A stretch of DNA of 64,000 bases from Schmidtea polychroa (Eukaryota). Position 1 is the stretch's first letter, and every line of letters starts with the position of its first letter. The translations under genes and the position numbers were made by a program. Shown here one piece after another: positions 29,730-42,997 of this stretch. The notes beneath the pieces are model-generated. The model was not told the DNA's origin. It did no database searches and saw only the letters and a program-made list of their open reading frames with translations. The stretch spans positions 176,824,001 to 176,888,000 of the forward strand of contig CM097885.1 in assembly GCA_044892525.1 (NCBI GenBank), given 5' to 3'.

Positions 29730-31369
29730 CTGCAAAAATAGATTTTAGTTGAAAATAAAAAATTCAGTAAGAGCTTTCTTCATAAAATAGAAATATGTAT
29801 AATTACTTTATTCAAAAATGCTTCTGAGAAGTTTAATGAATTTTGACCAATTGGTCTCATTTTCAGTATGTTGCTCATAGGATACATAGGAAATGAAGCA
29901 GTTTTTGTTATTAAGGAAACATTTTCATTAGAATAATGATCCATTAAAAATTGTAAAATGTCTAATTAAAATATATTCATCGACAAAATTATCAATACAA
30001 ATTGAAATATTAAAAATAATTCAAAATTGCGGTAATTGAATGAAACACTGTTGGTATTTTAAAACAAATTAAAAAATTAAGTTATAAAAGTTATCATTAT
30101 TATTTCTATATAGTAGTTTTCNNNNNNNNNNNNNNNNNNNNNNNNNNNNNNNNNNNNNNNNNNNNNNNNNNNNNNNNNNNNNNNNNNNNNNNNNNNNNNN
30201 NNNNNNNNNNNNNNNNNNNNNNNNNNNNNNNNNNNNNNNNNNNNNNNNNNNNNNNNNNNNNNNNNNNNNNNNNNNNNNNNNNNNNNNNNNNNNNNNNNNN
30301 NNNNNNNNNNNNNNNNNNNNNNNNNAACAGATGAAAAGTCAAAAGTATTTTGAGGCCAAATTTATTCCAATTTTGTTAAACTCCATGCAATGGTATAGCG
30401 AGGGTATCCGGCGCCCAGAGACAATATCTAAATTTTACGCTGTCCAGTAGTAACTGAAAACAAGAGACTAGTCAATAATAAAAATCTACACATAATAATG
30501 TCAATCATAAAAAGTAATCAATTAAATCTATCAAATCAATAACCAAGTTACAACAATGAAAACAAATATTACAATACTCAAAGGTGGTAAAAAATTGAAG
30601 GAACTTTAAAATAGAATAAGTCAAAATTCAATTAAAAGAGAAATAAACCAGTCGAATACACATAATTTTTATCAAAAATCTCGTCAAATATTTAATGATT
30701 TTGTGATTTCAAGGAAGTAATAGACGAATTTTAAAATATTGTGCTTTTCACGAGTAAGGGCATAAGAATGTTCAAATGTTAAATGCAACTACTGCTATAT
30801 ATCCGGACATTTCCTTCACCAGTGCTTTGAACTTCATTCAAACCAAGAACGACAATTCCGAGAACACGTACCAATTAAGGTAGTGAAATTGAAAGCCAAT
30901 ACCTAAATGAATATGCCACAACACACGAGGAGGTGATCGGACCTCTACAGTATATGTAAATAATGTAATGAATATGGAATGTATGAATAGGATGGTTGAT
31001 GATAAAAGAATTAAATATATAGATAATAATTGTGATTATCCATTAGATTCAATTGTGTACAATGATTGGTGTGTTGATAAATGAAGAGCGAAAGATAAAA
31101 GTTTGATGAATATTTTTGTTTAATTACTAATAATCAAAAATTAAACTAATAAAATAACTCAATATAATATTTTAAATGGGGGACTTAGTATTTTGATTTT
31201 TATCAATAATAATTAAAAACAGGGGTTAAATAGGTTTACTTGATAAAGTTTCTGAAATATTTGGAATTCCTTGTTTCTATTAAATCAAAATGTACAAATG
31301 AATTACCTATTGGGGGAAATTAGCATGGAAGTTTAAATTATTGAAATATTGGAAAAAAGAATTGTTGAC

Positions 31370-31830
31370 TTTAAGTGAGGTAATATATTTTAGCACAATT
31401 GATTTGGGAAATGCAAATTACTAAGTTGAACTAGAGAAGAAGCATCAAATTTTAAAACTGCACATTTGACTGAACAATATTGTTTAAACGCATTCCATTT
31501 GGACTAGCTGCAGCTCTATTGACTTTCCACAAATTAATGAATATAGAAAGAGGACTTAATTGAAAACTTGCAACTATTTATTTGGACAATATGTACTATT
31601 CTTGAAAGAATTAAATGAACAATTCAAAAATATTGAGAGTGCATCAGAGAAGAAAGGATTTCCTCAGTTCCTTTCCTCAGTTCCTTTCCTCAGTTCCTTT
31701 CCTCAGTTCCTTTCCTCTGTTCCTTTCCTCAGTTCCTTTTCTCAGTTCCTTTTCCTCAGTTCACAAAAATTCCAATTTTTAAGAGATGAAGTAAAGTTTT
31801 TGGGACACATATTAAGTAAAAGCAATGTGA
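31370..31830 (+). mobile_element. Gypsy reverse transcriptase relic interrupted by a minisatellite
   Basis: FSTIDLGNA..., IYLDN (YxDD relic) and KFQFLRDEVKFLGHILS motifs. Confidence 0.65.
31659..31762. repeat. 13-bp minisatellite (cagttcctttcct), about 7-8 copies
   Basis: Direct reading of the sequence. Confidence 0.9.
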
Positions 31831-31919
31831 ATACAGAAACGATGAGTCCAGCAATGAGTCCAGAAACATGAACATTTGATAGATCACAGAAATTCTATCA
31901 AAATATTACTAACAAGAAA

Positions 31920-32966
31920 ACCTTTTGAAAGGCATATTGACACCAATGTGTCAAAAGCTCATTTAGAAGAAAACGATTATTGGAGAAAACTTCTGCAACG
32001 TGTAGTCGCAACAATTAAATTTTTGGCCAAACATTTACTAGCTTTTTGAGGCAATAATGAAATATTTTCTGGATCTTTCAAATTATGGAAATTATGTTGG
32101 AATATTTGTTCGAATTTGACTAATTTATAGCATCTCACATCAAAAAATATGCCCTAGCTGCAAAATGAAATGTCAATCACCTTTTGTCAACCATTTGGTG
32201 ACAATCTTTTTGACGTGGTGAATACCAAAATGATAAGTACATTCCAATCAGAAGTAAAGGCCTCTAAAGGCATTTCCACTATTTCCGAACACACAGGCGA
32301 ATTAAAAATTGTTATAAAAACGGTATTGATATAAACGAATTGATGAAGAATTATTACAATTTTTTATGCTCTGTAAAAGTGATAATTTAAATTCCCCTAT
32401 AAATATGCTCCAGTTTATAAAAACAGCACACGTTGTATCTACTTTCCCTAATGTTAAAACTTTATTGCGAATGTATTTGACATTACCAATTTCAAATGCT
32501 ACAGGCTAAAGATCTTTTTCAGTTTTAAGACGTGTAAAGAATTATCTTAGAAATTCTAGAAGTCAGTCGAAATTAAGTTGTTTAGCTGCATTGTGTATAG
32601 AACAAAATGCTCTAGGAAATATATGACGATATAATTAATATGAGAGCCAGGAAAAAAGGACTTTTATTTTTTTAGGAAATACTGGTTTATTTTTACCGTT
32701 AAATATTAATTAATACAATATTTATAACATATATATTTTAATTTTATTTGTTAATATGTGCGACACATACTTGTAACGACAATATTACGATTTATTGTTT
32801 TTTCTATTAAAAACTATTTTTTTATTATGGTTTTTAATTTTTATGTATTTTTACGCAATAAAGTCCTATTTTTTTAATTAAGAACGTTCAATTCTAATTA
32901 TCCTCAGTCTCATGGGCCAGGGAGAAACACAATGTCTTGGGCCCCACGAAAGCTAAACCGGCCCTG
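31920..32966 (+). mobile_element. Internally deleted hAT (ZMYM1/Tip100-like) remnant
   Basis: WRKLLQRVVATIKFLAKHLLAF and FPNVKTLLRMYLTLPISNATG*RSFSVLRRVKNYLR motifs. Right end aaaccggccctg. Confidence 0.75.
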
Positions 32967-33264
32967 TCGTCATTGAATCATTAAAAGTAAAGATAAAAAT
33001 TGCATTTCTATAATATAATTTATTGCTGAAATAAAAACCTAAAATATGAAAATTTAATGGAAAATAATGAGTTAAATAAATTTTTCGATAGAAACATTAA
33101 TACCAATTTTTAATTTTTTAAAGATTTTATTATTTTTTTTATTATCTTTTTTATTTTTGATATTTTTACAGGTTTTGGTCAATTTTTTTGTTTTGATCGG
33201 TTTTACGATTTCGGGTATGAGACAGGCGGGCGACTAGAAATAGCGGTCGACGATTTTGTCACCC

Positions 33265-33830
33265 CTGATCTATACAAACGGAGGAGTAACAGTTGGCGAT
33301 AATGACACTCAAGAGTATGATTCGACATCTAGAAGAACACCAAGGATTGAAAGAATACGAATGCCGTATCGTATAATAAAAAATGAAATATAAAAATTTT
33401 AATATAAAATATAGATTTAAGAACATTAAATATAATAAAATCATAATAAAAAATAATTGAAATTAATAATTGAAATGAATAACAATAAATAATGAAAAAT
33501 ATAAAAATAAAAGTCATATGTTCTATTTCAAAGATATTGCCACTCCTGATCTATACAAACGTACGATTAACAGGACGAGTAACAGTTGGCGATAATGGCA
33601 CTCAATCTAGAAGCAGCAGAACGCCAAGGATTTATAGAATTCGAATGATGATAAAAAATATATAATATACTGATTAAAAAATGAAATATAAAATATAGAT
33701 TTAAGAACATTAAACATAATAAAATCATAATTAACAATAAATAATAATTGAAATGAATAACAATAAATAATGAAAAATATAAAAATAAAAATACGGTGAA
33801 CTCTATTTCAAAGATATAATACAGCAGCTC
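33265..33830. repeat. Diverged tandem duplication (about 280-bp unit) downstream of ATMIN
   Basis: cctgatctatacaaacg...gagtaacagttggcgataatg.cactcaa occurs at about 33265 and about 33545, each followed by the same AT-rich block. Confidence 0.8.
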
Positions 33831-33883
33831 CAATGCATAATAGTAGTGATATAGACAACGTAACAAAATATAATAATAGCTAC

Positions 33884-36841
33884 TCAATTGGTAAACAAAA
33901 GATCATCAATATCTTGCAAGTTGGTTTGGGTTTCAATATCATTCAGATCCACCAAATTCATATCAATTGGATATGGGCCGGTTTGGGTATGGTTATCAGC
34001 CAATCGCAGGAAATCATCATTTGCCACCGGTTTCAAGCAGCCCACATCCGAGAAGAGAGATGACATTAAATCATCGTTGACTGACAGATTTCCATATCCC
34101 ATTTCCACATCACGACCGACGAAACCCGCCAAGTTAGTTTGAGTTTCAACATTGAAGAAATTATCATAGGAATTATAGGGAACGGTTTGCATTGAGGCAT
34201 TGCAAGAGTTCAAATAGTCTCGTGTTGTATTGCTGGTGTAATACTGGCAGTTGTTTTGATCGAGATTTGTCCAATCGTATGAAATGCAATTCACAGAGTT
34301 GCTATTGGTCATTATTTGCGGATATGAGATGATGTTCGCATTTATCATATTGTTGCAAATCGGTTTCATTTCTGGACAGGTCTGCATTCCATTCGACAGG
34401 TTTACTTGGATCTCGACATCTTTAGTTTCCGGTCGAAAAACGTTGAGTTTATTCAAAAAATCCATATTTGCAATTGATGAGTCCTTCATAGAATTCAATA
34501 TAGACGGATCTGATATGTTCATAGGAAAAATCATAGGTATATAAATTGGTTGGAGAATTTTCACTGGTTCTTTTAAATATTCTGATGATTCCAGCAATGA
34601 TGAATGTCTGACAATAAATATGTGACTATAACTTGGTTGGAAATATTTTAAAGTAAGTGTTGAATGCAACAGCAAGAGAAAGGCGGATTGAACTTAATTA
34701 AAAATTTATATAATAACTGTTCATAGATAGAACTGGTATTGTGTTCCTTTCAAACCTCAAAATACCTTTTTTATTTTATTCTATGTACGCCCGCCATCAG
34801 AGCTTTCCATCAATTAGTAAACTCAAACTTTAGGGGTCATTGTATAATTACATCACGTCAAAAATGACCATTTTTGACCCATTCACCCACCCTGTCGTGT
34901 TTGGTCACATTTCTGTTGATCCAGCCCCATAGTGACGTCATTTTATTGTTCACGAAATGAGAGTAATAGTAGCGCCACCATTAGTTACCGCGCACTGGTT
35001 AGCAACAGAGCGCCCTTCATTTTTTTTCAAAGTCAAGCCGCGATTATTGATTTTTTTTAAAAATTTTTATTGATTTTTAAGTGTAAAATTTTCAAAATAG
35101 AAATTCAAGTATTGATTTAAATGTGCAATTATTGATTTAAAAGTGAATTTTTACTTTTTTATTTTATCTCACTGTAGCGCGGGAGTCTGAGATTTTCAAA
35201 ATATTATTTCGACTAAAATATAGAGGGTGACGTCACCTACATCTTTGCTGACCACAACATTTTCTTCAAATTCAAAGAGAGAAACTTGACTAGAAAAAGA
35301 TTGTTGCAATAGTAATTCTTATGGTCCATGAAATACAACTAGCATGACATCACATTCAGCTCAACTCACCCACCGACCCTCGAGCGTGACGTAATTATGC
35401 AATGGCCCCTTATCACTGTGAGAAATTTATTAAATCTCAAAAATGTTACAAGATAAAATTTGAAAAAAGTTTTGGCGAAAAAGTTTGTCTACCAAGTAAG
35501 TTACGCTTTTTTTTTCAGTGTCAGCATCTAATTGCATAGTCAATCGAATTGCAATGTCAATCGAAACAGCTTAAAAAATAATCAAATTTTATTAATAAAA
35601 TGTATTAGAAAATGGCGCCTAAAAATTGAAATCTTAAAAAAATAATTATTGCCCTTAATGATTTAAAAAAAAACTATTAAAAATCATTTTAGAAATGAAA
35701 AATGAAAAGAAATATATTTCAGTGTAATTTTATTGAAATGGAAAACTAAAAATATTTTTTAGTTTTTAAATAATCTAAATACAAAATCTTCTTTGAAACA
35801 ATGTATGACTGTATTTAATGGTTTAAAATAAGTACTNNNNNNNNNNNNNNNNNNNNNNNNNNNNNNNNNNNNNNNNNNNNNNNNNNNNNNNNNNNNNNNN
35901 NNNNNNNNNNNNNNNNNNNNNNNNNNNNNNNNNNNNNNNNNNNNNNNNNNNNNNNNNNNNNNNNNNNNNNNNNNNNNNNNNNNNNNNNNNNNNNNNNNNN
36001 NNNNNNNNNNNNNNNNNNNNNNNNNNNNNNNNNCTATGTAATATCAGCGCACATAATACATGGGTGGGACACGTATCACGATAGACTCCAAAGAGTTAAT
36101 TGAAGAAAAGCCTTTATCATTTTTAATTTTAAGTATTTTCTTAAACGTATTTCTACACATTATCATTATTGGATTTCAAGTTTTATTAATAACTTTTGAT
36201 TTGTTTTATTTATAGGAAACCGTAAAATTAACAAAATTATTTAAAGAAAATTTATTTATTTTCTTGAAAATTGATTAGAAAATCAAAATCTTACCCAGTT
36301 GATTTAGAAGAATTATCATTTTTCTGTTTTTTGTAGTGGACATGATTTTTATGATAAGTTAAAAATTTCTCTTCGGCGAAATCAGAATTACAGATTGAGC
36401 AAGTGAAACGTTGGCCACAGTTTTTCTCATGATACTTTAAAGCAGGTGCTGTACCAAATGTTTTGTTGCATAACATACACAAGAAAGCATGGGGTACATG
36501 AACCCAGTTATAATGTTGTTTCAAAACAGAGAATTTGTTAACACCTTTACCAGTTGAAATGTGGTATTTACAGTTATCAATTGGACAGTGATAAATTGCG
36601 TTAATTTTGCATTTCTTTTTGCTATAAAATGCTTCGTCAGCAGGGGACTAAAATTGATGAGCATAATGAACTATATATTATAATTTCATACCTCAATGAT
36701 TTGATGGGTTTTTATTAAATGTGCCTTAAGATTAGATTTTGTTTTGACAACTGCTGAGCAAATATTACAAGTATTTGATGATTTTGATTTTGAATTAAGA
36801 ACTTCGACAGAGCAAGTGATATGTTCATTATTTGAATTCAT
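33884..36841 (-). CDS. ATMIN: ATMIN/ASCIZ-like zinc-finger protein; exons 36692-36841, 36295-36647, 33884-34607 (about 408 aa)
   Basis: GT-AG introns with consistent phases (0, 2). Zn fingers YHCPIDNC...FSVLKQHYNWVH..FLCMLCNKTFG..ALKYHEKNCGQRFTCS match the ATMIN layout. C-terminal VETQTN, NHTQTG and IETQTN are LC8-binding motifs. Confidence 0.85.
34833..35409. mobile_element. PIF/Harbinger (Tourist-like) MITE in ATMIN intron 2
   Basis: TIRs ggggtcattgtataattacatcacg / cgtgacgtaattatgcaatggcccc. TTA TSD on both sides. Confidence 0.85.
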
Positions 36842-37099
36842 TTAACTTCATGAAAAACAGCTAGCAGTGTTCTGATCGATCAATAAGAGTTTATAACTAG
36901 TTATAATATTTGTAGATAATTAAAAATTATTATTTTATCAATTAGTAAATTAAATTGTAAATTTTAAAATTTAACATTAATTTACTAAGTTAAATAACAT
37001 TTTGTATTATTTAAACAAACGTTACTGAATTAAGTTTTAGTTGTTTAACATGTTTTTTCTATAATAATACTTCTTTCTTGATCAAAATTAACTACACTT

Positions 37100-37597
37100 T
37101 CTTCAAAATTCTATTAACTTTGCCGGTTTCAGTAGTTAGTGCTGAAAGGAGCTTTTCGAAGCTAAAAATTAATAAAAAGTTATATTCGAACAACAATGAC
37201 GGAGGATCGATTTAATGCATTGGCTTTCTTATCAATTGAACAAGAAATTTCAAACAGCCTTGACATCTCGGATTTAGTGAAAGATTTTACGAAAATGAAG
37301 GCTAAAAAAGATTTTTAATGAAAATTATAGTGATATCTTTAAATTTTTCTTTCACAATATCACTCCTTTATTATTTGTATTATTATTTATGTATAAAGAA
37401 ATTCATAAATTATTTTATTTAGAAATGGACAGATTTTTTATTTCACTATAAAAATTTATCATTAAATACCTATACCTCAAATTTAGAAATTGAAATGATT
37501 AAAACGTAATGTTTCAGTTGACATTCTTTAAGGTATGAGCTTCATAAAAGTTTTCTTAGGGCACTCGCCTTTTACAAAATTTCTTGAACCGCCCCTG
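37100..37597 (+). mobile_element. hAT transposase 3' remnant plus right end
   Basis: LLTLPVSVVSAERSFSKLK/LIKSYIRTTMTEDRFNALAFLSIEQE. Terminus gaaccgcccctg. Confidence 0.8.
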
Positions 37598-37723
37598 TAT
37601 AGCCTATACATTATTAAAAAGGAAAGATATAAAATAATCACACTAATAAAATATGAATATCAATATATTGTTCAATGAATAATATGTTCAATATTGTAAT
37701 TTTCAACTAATTGGATTGTATAC

Positions 37724-40020
37724 TAGGGTGGAGTGAAAATTTTTTTTTCTTAATATCTTGTTTGGATAGCTATAAAAACTTGGTAACACATGCAATTAGT
37801 AATGTGGCAAACAATTAGACAATTTAAAGCATATCTTGAGGTTCCACAATTGACCTAAAGTATAGGCATATTTCGATAAAAAAGCAATAATCTTTAAAAA
37901 AAACATTTTTTTATAAGTAACATATTTATGTTATGGTTTAACTTTTTAACAGTCTGTACATAACATTACAAGTAATAAGAACCATATCTGTGAAGGGAAA
38001 CCACATGCAAACTGTCTAACATGTTTTTATAACTACAAATGATGTTGGGCTTTGGTGTCCAGTTTTGGCATTTTCGATCTCGATTCCAAGCGTGCTCTAA
38101 TGAATCCGTCGCGTTTTTCTGGACCACACACCATTTCGGATGCTTCTGTCACTAGCTTGATATGTCTCTCTACTGCCTGGGTGTGACAAGGATAGCGGGC
38201 GAAATCCAGTCTTGGCGTTTCTTCTTCCCGGATCATGGTTAACAAAGTATCTTCGTCAATGTCCACTACGATTGGAGGCTCTGTGATCGGAGTTTTCTGC
38301 CAATCGATCATGTCTATGTAGCTAGTAGCTTCAAAGTTGATTACTGGCACGCAGAAAGATCTAACTGAAGTCGTACGTTTCTGGTTTCTGGATTTCAGTA
38401 TGCGTCGCAGAGCTAACTCGCGTATATCTGATCTTTCATCGGTAAGCATCGCAAGCAACAGATTTTCTGGATGACTAAAGAATGCGTTGCGTTGAATTAC
38501 CGGGTCAACAACTTTCTTCAGCTCGTCTGTGAGGTAGCGTGATTTCTGCCGTCAAAATATAACCCAGTGATTGTGTTACTGACTTCGGCACATAATGCGC
38601 CACGCTTATTACAACGTTCTCGACGCACTTTACTTCTGTCAATCACTTTAGAAACATCATGTTCGTGGATTATTCCAACATCTTGAAGAACAGCACTGGC
38701 GATTCCTGCTGCCGCCCTGTCGGATACGCCATGTCGATCACACGCTAAAGCCAACGACGGTAGCTTAACTCTCATCTGCTTGTCATTCAATTTTCGCTGT
38801 TGTTTAATTTGGCTTATACAATCGTCATCAGAGTCATCATCGCCGGTATCCATTTCCTCTTCCATTCCAGAAATCTCGTCACAGACATCCGACTGTTTAT
38901 CACCGATGTCATCAATGGCAGATTTGGTACACATCTGCCTCTGTGTCGACTCTTTACGGATATACCGCTTTTGTAATCTACTGGATTCAACCTCATCAAC
39001 TCCAGCTATGATCATACTGCGTGAACCCCGCTGATCTTCTAGAAAGTCACGTTCAATTGTGGGTATCTTTCTTGACTTCTCACAATGACACTGAGACATA
39101 CAAGAGCACTTGCAGGAGCAAATGTCAAAGAGTTTAATCGATTCATCTTTAGACTGCGATATTTTCTCTCTGTATGGTTCTGAGTCCTTCCTAGATTTAT
39201 ACGGCTTCAGCAATTTCATGAACGTCTTGTGGTACACGTTCAACATTTCATGAACACGGCGGTGGCTTACATGTGGTATGGAAGCTTTGTCCCATATTTG
39301 TTCTACTTTCATTGACACTGTTTCTGCCACGTTGCGATGTGAAAGATCTTTATTGTTCAATTCGCATTTCAGTCTCTGCTTTGTCAGGTTGTAGAATTTC
39401 ATAACATCTGCATAAGTCGGTAGTTGATTGTCGGGCATCTCGGATGGACCACCAAAGATGACACAAGACACTTTCTTTCTGGTTACAGCCATTGCAACTC
39501 TAAAAAGGAAAACCAGAGGCATTTTAAATCCATATTATTTAAATGCCATCAATGACTTCAATAATATGTTATAATATTACCTCTTATAATGAAGTATCGT
39601 AGTGGAGTAATTATTTATCACTAACAATACTACATACAGCGATTCAAAAAAAATACAATGTTATGCAATATGTATGCAATAATCCGTCTGAATTGACTCT
39701 AGAAACAGGAAGTGCAGCGTGTGAATGCGTAGAAAAGTGAACTAATAATGATCTTTTAGTTAACAGTAAGTAACGATAACGTATTAGTGGAAGCAAAAAG
39801 TTGCCAATTCCTTGTAATGAAAAGAACACCGGATAGCAAATACATTATCGTTTTCTTATCAATGGTTACATTTTAAAGTTGGTTGTGGAACCTCAAGACA
39901 TTATTTAAATTATTGTTTTTCTTTACAGAGTACTTCATTTGACCTCATAGCAAGTTTTTATAACTATCCAAAGTCTACTAAGTCAAAAAATTTTTTTTCG
40001 GTCATTTTCACTCCACCCTA
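37724..40020 (-). mobile_element. Complete-ended, internally deleted hATm-like DNA transposon (2297 bp)
   Basis: 17-bp TIRs tagggtggagtgaaaat / attttcactccacccta. Perfect 8-bp TSD ttgtatac (37716-37723 and 40021-40028). ORFs 38518-39522 (N-terminal part ending GLYFDGR) and 38033-38458 (CHTQAVERHIKLVTEAS). Confidence 0.88.
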
Positions 40021-40997
40021 TTGTATACTGTTTATGAGAATGAAGGGAATTAATATTAAGCTAGATAAATTGTAGAATGTTTATGAAAATAAAGGGATTG
40101 ATATTGAACTAAATATACATTGAACACTATAAATTTATTTTTCACCGAATCAAATTGCTTGAATTGTTGTTCTCTGTTCTCATGTTCATCCTGCTGCAAA
40201 TACGTCACCCTGTATTTGCTTGGGCCTGTTTTATAGTATTTATTAAGAGTGAATGTGTCGATGTGCCTACCCTAATTATCCAGCAATATGATTCAATTAA
40301 TTCACGACTAATATCAGAACTACTCTGCGCAATCATGTATATAGTTGATCGCTTATAATTATTGTACAAATTTTGAAGATAATATATCGATTTATCCTTT
40401 TTATTTTTGTGATTTGTTTTCAGGTATTTTTTTTCTTTTTGATGGTTACATTACTAAGGGTTTTATTGAATACCAAATGCATTGGAATTTTGCTATCTTA
40501 TGGCGATTCAATAAAACCCACCCATCGTCTCTACAATGTTATAAGGATATTTAGAAATTAAAACAGAATATTAGCTTTTATTGATATTGGAAAATCGAAC
40601 TCTTTGGAAATGAGAATATCTCAAAATATGAAAATATAATTTAAACATTTCAAATTTAATTTAACCTATAAAGATTCTTTGATTACCGATTGGCGAATGC
40701 TGTCGAAAATTTATGCTTATCATAGAAAATGTCATTCAAAAATTAATTTCTTTCCATTAATGGTAAACAAGTAAATTGAAAATTTTACCGATGAATAGAT
40801 ATGACTCCGCAAAATTCCAAAAATTAACTTATTGTGGACCATACAAATACGGCAACCAGAACCAGTTTGCAAGCACCTACTCGATTTTAGAATAAGACTA
40901 AGCTAATCATTTAGAATCCGATGCATTTTATCAAACCAAATTAGCTTTTAATTTTTCTTGGCAACTAGAAAATATAAGAATTTGAAAGATTGCTGAG

Positions 40998-41360
40998 AAT
41001 GTATTAAAAAAATAAAATGTGTTTGTCAATTATTTTCTTTAATAAATAATTCAAAATTGATCTGACTTAAATTATATCGAAATAATTCTAAAATAAATTT
41101 CATAAAATTCCAAAACAATCCTGAATATTAATTAAAAATAATTTATAATACAAATGTTGACTAAAAGTAATATTTAACAACTAGAATAATGATCTCATAA
41201 TTATATAAAATCAAAATTCAAGCCTTAAAATTTACCTAAAATAAAAAACATGAAAACCATTTTGAAAATTGATTAAATGAAATTTTCTCATAAATGGTGA
41301 GTCACCTCAACTGGTGTACTCACCAACGTGTAGGAACTTTTAAAGATCGGAATTAGGTGT
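40998..41360 (+). repeat. Left arm of a diverged inverted repeat (partner about 45279-45656)
   Basis: Shared blocks include gaataatgatctcataattatat.aaatcaaaattcaagccttaaaat and ttctcataaatggtgagtca..tcaactg. Confidence 0.75.
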
Positions 41361-41468
41361 AGGTGTAAGTTAAAGTAAATTAAAATGAAATTTATCTCGC
41401 CAATTCTGATTTGCGTTTTGGTATTACAATTAGCAATTCAAATAGTTTTATAGATTTATCAATCAATA

Positions 41469-42875
41469 ATGGAAACTATTGATGATGCTTTAAATAGAAT
41501 TGGAGTTGGCCGGTTCCATTACGTTCTTCTAGTGATTTTAGGCAGCCATTATGGATTGTTAGGTGTACAAGTGGTATCAGTTTCGTTATTGGGTCAAATC
41601 CTAACTTGCTATTGGAAATTGAGTAGTATTGATGTGTTTATTTTCACAACTCTCGCCTTTTTAGGAATGGGAATAGGAAGTTTATTAATGGGATATTTGG
41701 GAGACAAATATGGCAGGAAGACTATACTGATTGCTACAGATTGTGGATTGATTTATTTTAGACTTATGAGTGCTATGTCACCAACATTTTATTGGATAAC
41801 AATAATGCAGTTCATGCATGGTGTTTTAATGGCTGGCTTAACAGTATCCACATTTTCATTGATGTCCGAATGCTCTTCTTTAAAATATCGAGGAACATTT
41901 ATGGTAATTTTTCAATGTTTTCTCGGTTTAGGATCTCTCTTTACATCAATTCTAAGTTGGTTGGTACTTACTTCTTTAGGTTGGAGAATATTTTTAATTA
42001 TTTCAACAATTCCTATAATTTTTCTTTTATTTTCTCTATATTTTGTTCCACAATCTCCCAAACATCTCCTCCTACAAAATGAAAAACATAAATCTCTCAA
42101 AGTGATGAATTATATTGCTCGGGCTAATAATGCAGAATTTGTTGAAGATTTATATCAAATTAAACCGGTCATATCATCATATTTGGATTTGTTTCATCGC
42201 AATATTTTACTGATTACAATTTTTGCAAGTTTCATGTCTTTTTCCAGTACATTATCCCTATGCGTGATGGTTCTTGTGATAACCGTAATCAGTAGCATAC
42301 CCCACAGATGCCTGCAAAATCCAAGAATGTATTCTCAAGTGATCATCCTCAATGGCAGCAAGTTGACCGATAATTCGTGCTGTTATAATTTATTGTGGCA
42401 AAATTATGAAAATATGTTCATATCGGCTTTGGCTATAATTCTCTTTGTACCTTTGTCTGTAGTTCTTATCAATTGGGTTGGTCGAAAGAAATCATTTGCT
42501 ATTTATTCAACGCTAATGGCAATTACCATATTTTGTCTTAACTTTTGCATGAATTCTACATGGATAAATCTACTATTATTTATAAACAGAGGATCCGGCA
42601 CGGCATTGATTACACTGAATTCACTTTATGCCACCGAATTTTTCCCAACTTCGGTTCGATGCTTCGGAGTCGGTGTGATCAATGCCAATGCAAGAATGGG
42701 AGAGGTTTTATCTCCAATAATTTTTATTACAATTTTAAAGTTTTCATTCTTAACCGGAACTTTGATATTGGTGGCCTTAAATCTTGTAGCTTCTATTATG
42801 AGTTATTTTTTGATTGAAACGAAAGATAGGCCACATATGGAAAACTTTGCAACTTCTAAATATTCGGGTAAATAA
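41469..42875 (+). CDS. Intronless MFS transporter, SV2/SVOP (SLC22-related) type, 468 aa
   Basis: About 12 hydrophobic segments; motif A GDKYGRK and WVGRKK; ATEFFPTSVRCFGVG; N-terminal IDDALNRIGVGRFH. Confidence 0.85.
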   Translation: METIDDALNRIGVGRFHYVLLVILGSHYGLLGVQVVSVSLLGQILTCYWKLSSIDVFIFTTLAFLGMGIGSLLMGYLGDKYGRKTILIATDCGLIYFRLMSAMSPTFYWITIMQFMHGVLMAGLTVSTFSLMSECSSLKYRGTFMVIFQCFLGLGSLFTSILSWLVLTSLGWRIFLIISTIPIIFLLFSLYFVPQSPKHLLLQNEKHKSLKVMNYIARANNAEFVEDLYQIKPVISSYLDLFHRNILLITIFASFMSFSSTLSLCVMVLVITVISSIPHRCLQNPRMYSQVIILNGSKLTDNSCCYNLLWQNYENMFISALAIILFVPLSVVLINWVGRKKSFAIYSTLMAITIFCLNFCMNSTWINLLLFINRGSGTALITLNSLYATEFFPTSVRCFGVGVINANARMGEVLSPIIFITILKFSFLTGTLILVALNLVASIMSYFLIETKDRPHMENFATSKYSGK

Positions 42876-42997
42876 TTGCACTGAAAACAGATTTATAAAA
42901 ATAAATTCAGATATTTTGTTTAAACATTTATTTCTCATATAGGGCATACAAAATGAATATTTAAATTAAAATTATATAATATAAAACATAAAATGCA

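Noticed and set aside
33888-34544. Plus-strand ORFs opposite ATMIN, and similar antisense ORFs over MFS, hATm, exonuclease and Polinton genes
   Set aside because: Shadow ORFs of real coding strands, with no independent motifs.
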